A stretch of 64,000 bases of DNA from Octopus bimaculoides (Eukaryota). The translations under genes were made by a program, and so were the position numbers. A model generated the notes under the pieces. The model was given only the letters and a program-made list of their open reading frames with translations. It ran no database searches and was not told where the DNA came from. This document shows positions 61,643 to 64,000 of this stretch, in pieces (positions within the stretch are counted from its first letter, which is position 1; each line of letters starts with the position of its first letter). The DNA lies in assembly GCF_001194135.2 (NCBI RefSeq), contig NC_068983.1:118665077-118729076 (forward strand), given 5' to 3'.

Positions 61643-62914
61643 AGCCTACTTTCTCTTCACCATGGTATTGTATGTAAAGAAAAATGCTTTTAAAAAGATA
61701 TAAAGGTTTAAAGTTTGATCACCCCCCTCCCCAGTCAGGAAACAGGATTTAGAAGCTGTCATTTTGTGCGTGGCTGCACGTGTTGTCCACATTCTGAAAA
61801 CAGCACGTGTTTTTATATGAAACTGTAAACAAATCAAATTCTGCTTATATATAACCCCTCATAACTTTTTTTAAAATATAGAATTTTCAGAAAAGTTTTG
61901 CGAATTTGTACTTTACACACGGGAATTCATACGATTATGCAAAAAATGTTTAAATGGGGGAGGGGGCGTGATTAAAGGCCTATTTAGCTGTTTTAGCATA
62001 TCTCACAACCAGGGTACAAGCAACAGATAGGCACAAGCAAGAGAACTCCAGCATCAACGCACGTGGCATCGCGTAGAATATATTTGTCAACACACGTGCT
62101 TTCTCGCTGACAAAAGTGTTCTCATGTTTGGCCTGTTACTATGGAAACAGGCATGAATGTGTCTGTGGCTTACGATTGGCTAAAGTTTCTCAAAAATCTT
62201 CAAACTTTAATTGCTACTAACTCTTTCTTCGTTGATTTATAGCGAAAATGATTTTCACGTCATTCATTAGCCTATAAAAGTGTATCATTACACTGGAATA
62301 TGAAATCAATTCGAACAGGAAATGATGCTGGCGACCAAATCAACTAGATCCACCAGTACTGTAGTCACAGTTAAATTAATAAATTACCGCCATAGTAAAA
62401 GCAACAAACACACTTCAGCATGATTCTTGGACCTGCCAGAAATACCAGTCAAATTTCCTTCAGTTCACACCCTGTTGTCTAAGAAACAGACACATTGAAT
62501 AATGCTGTCATTGGCAAACTGTGCAAATAAATATATAAATAAATAAATAGATAAAAAATAAAAAAGTTTAAAAAATAATAAACACTGGGTGGTAACCGTT
62601 ACTATTCCTTTGATCATGGGTTTGCTGCGTCAGGACTGACCTGGGGCTAAATTATACCAAATAACATTCGTCGTCGTTGTCTTCGTCGCTGACTTTATTA
62701 CACCACACCTCTCCAACACCACCACCATCACAGCTACGAGTATGACGATGAGCGCTGATCATCATCATCATCATCGTCGTCGTCGCTATTACGAACAACG
62801 ATCAACCAAATGAACAGAACCAGATGGTAAATTCGTCTGAGACAGCTGATTTAGTGTTGTAGAAAGCAAGCAGCAGGATTTATAGTAGCACAGATTCCTT
62901 TCTTAAGTACACCA

Positions 62915-62929
62915 GGGAAAGAGAGGGAA

Positions 62930-62972
<43 letters not shown>

Positions 62973-62995
62973 AAAAGAGAGAGAGAGAGAGAGAT
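62915..62995. repeat. (GA)n microsatellite
   Basis: Visible directly. Confidence 0.95.
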
Positions 62996-63239
62996 GGTGG
63001 GGCAAGGGCGACTGAAATCTCTCGACTTCTGTATATTACTGACACCTATTTTAATCGACGGTGATGGCGGTGGTGAAGATGGAAGTCAAAGTGGTTCCCA
63101 GAGGGAATTGAACTCGGTACAAGACAAAAACGTTCGTATACAGCAGCATACCATTGCCGTTGTTGTTGTTGTTGTTGTTGTTAGCCCTGATGGAGCTATG
63201 ATCAAAAGCGTCCCAGCCACAGCAATCTCCTATTTGGAT

Positions 63240-63650
63240 CAAGTGTTTTCTACTTAGCCTCGGGCTGACCAAAGCCTTATGAGTGGCTTTGGAAGACGGA
63301 AACTGGAAGAAGCACGTCGTATAATATATATACGAGGGGTGTATGAAAAGTCTTGAGCCTCAAAAAAACATGGTACATACTGAGGGAGGTACAAGACTTG
63401 AAGGCTCAAAACTTTTCATACACTCCTCGTATATATACATTTGTGTTTGTGTTTGTCCCCCACCCGACAATCGCTTAACAATCAATGTTGGCGTGTTTAT
63501 GTCCCCGTAACTTAGCGATTCGGCAAAAGAGAACAATAGAATAAGTACTAGGCTTACAAACAATAAGTCCTGCGGTCGATTTGTTCGACTAAAACCCCTT
63601 AAGGTGGTGCTCCAGTGTGGCTGCAGTCAAGTGGCTGAAACAAATACAGG
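63240..63650 (+). mobile_element. SINE family A containing the mariner MITE
   Basis: The body matches the consensus on both sides of 63331-63431. Confidence 0.8.
63331..63431. mobile_element. ~99-bp mariner-derived MITE with TA TSD
   Basis: TA-CGAGGGGTGTATGAAAAGTCTTGAGCCT ... AGGCTCAAAACTTTTCATACACTCCTCG-TA, inserted in the (TA)n tract of a SINE. Confidence 0.88.
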
Positions 63651-63701
63651 AATGAATGCAATAAAGAAAACAAGGGATCAAATGTTATATTTAATTGAAA
63701 T

Positions 63702-64000
63702 TTAATGATCAATGTACTTTCCCTGATTATCTATGACTTCCTTCCATCTATTTACAAACTTTTTAATCCCATCAATGTAAAACTCTTTTGGTTTCAAAGC
63801 GAACAACTCTGAAATGTCAGTTTCGACCTCCTCCTGGCTTGCAAAAGTTATGCCCCCCAAATGATTCTGTAAACTACGAAACAAATCTAGTCTAAAGGAG
63901 CAAGGTCGGGAGAATAAGATGGATGTGGAATTTTTTCCCAACCAAGCTCTTCGATCTTCTGTGATGTGATCTTTGCAGTGTGGGGTCGCGCATTGTCCCG
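63702..64000 (-). mobile_element. Mariner transposase C-terminal remnant (runs off window)
   Basis: [34 protein letters not shown], then frameshifted to LFRSLQNHLGG..EFYIDGIKKFVNRWKEVIDNQGKYIDH*. Confidence 0.92.

Noticed and set aside
61700-61990. Possible TIR element (GATCACCCCCCTCCCC / GGGGAGGGGGCGTGATT)
   Set aside because: The inverted match is short and low-complexity, and no TSD could be established.

Overview
AT-rich, gapped (13 N-runs) animal genomic DNA dominated by interspersed repeats and microsatellites. The repeat families look cephalopod/octopus-like; this is inferred from SINE sequence and was not database-checked. No intact protein-coding gene can be recognised. Nearly all tracked ORFs are microsatellite or gap artefacts or transposon remnants. 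Supportable content: a 5'-truncated RTE LINE (14.1-16.3 kb) plus further RTE, CR1/L2 and Tx1/L1 fragments; five Merlin (IS1595-like) elements, namely two transposase remnants and three GG-terminated non-autonomous elements, two of which carry telomere-like TTAGGG arrays; several mariner remnants and a ~99-bp mariner MITE; TTAA-flanked piggyBac-like and hAT-like MITEs; and at least four SINE-like families. The most notable signals are: (i) minimal type-I hammerhead-ribozyme-like motifs of the Penelope type, two unrelated ones sharing a CCGAYGA core variant and one inverted pair; (ii) a frameshifted ubiquitin-specific protease His-box remnant at 44.7 kb; (iii) a nested Merlin element with ~155-bp tandem repeats and a telomeric fold-back MITE; (iv) a visual CpG-depleted to CpG-retaining transition near 38 kb, with a promoter-like motif cluster at 42.7 kb and several low-confidence small exon candidates that suggest a hidden long-intron gene.
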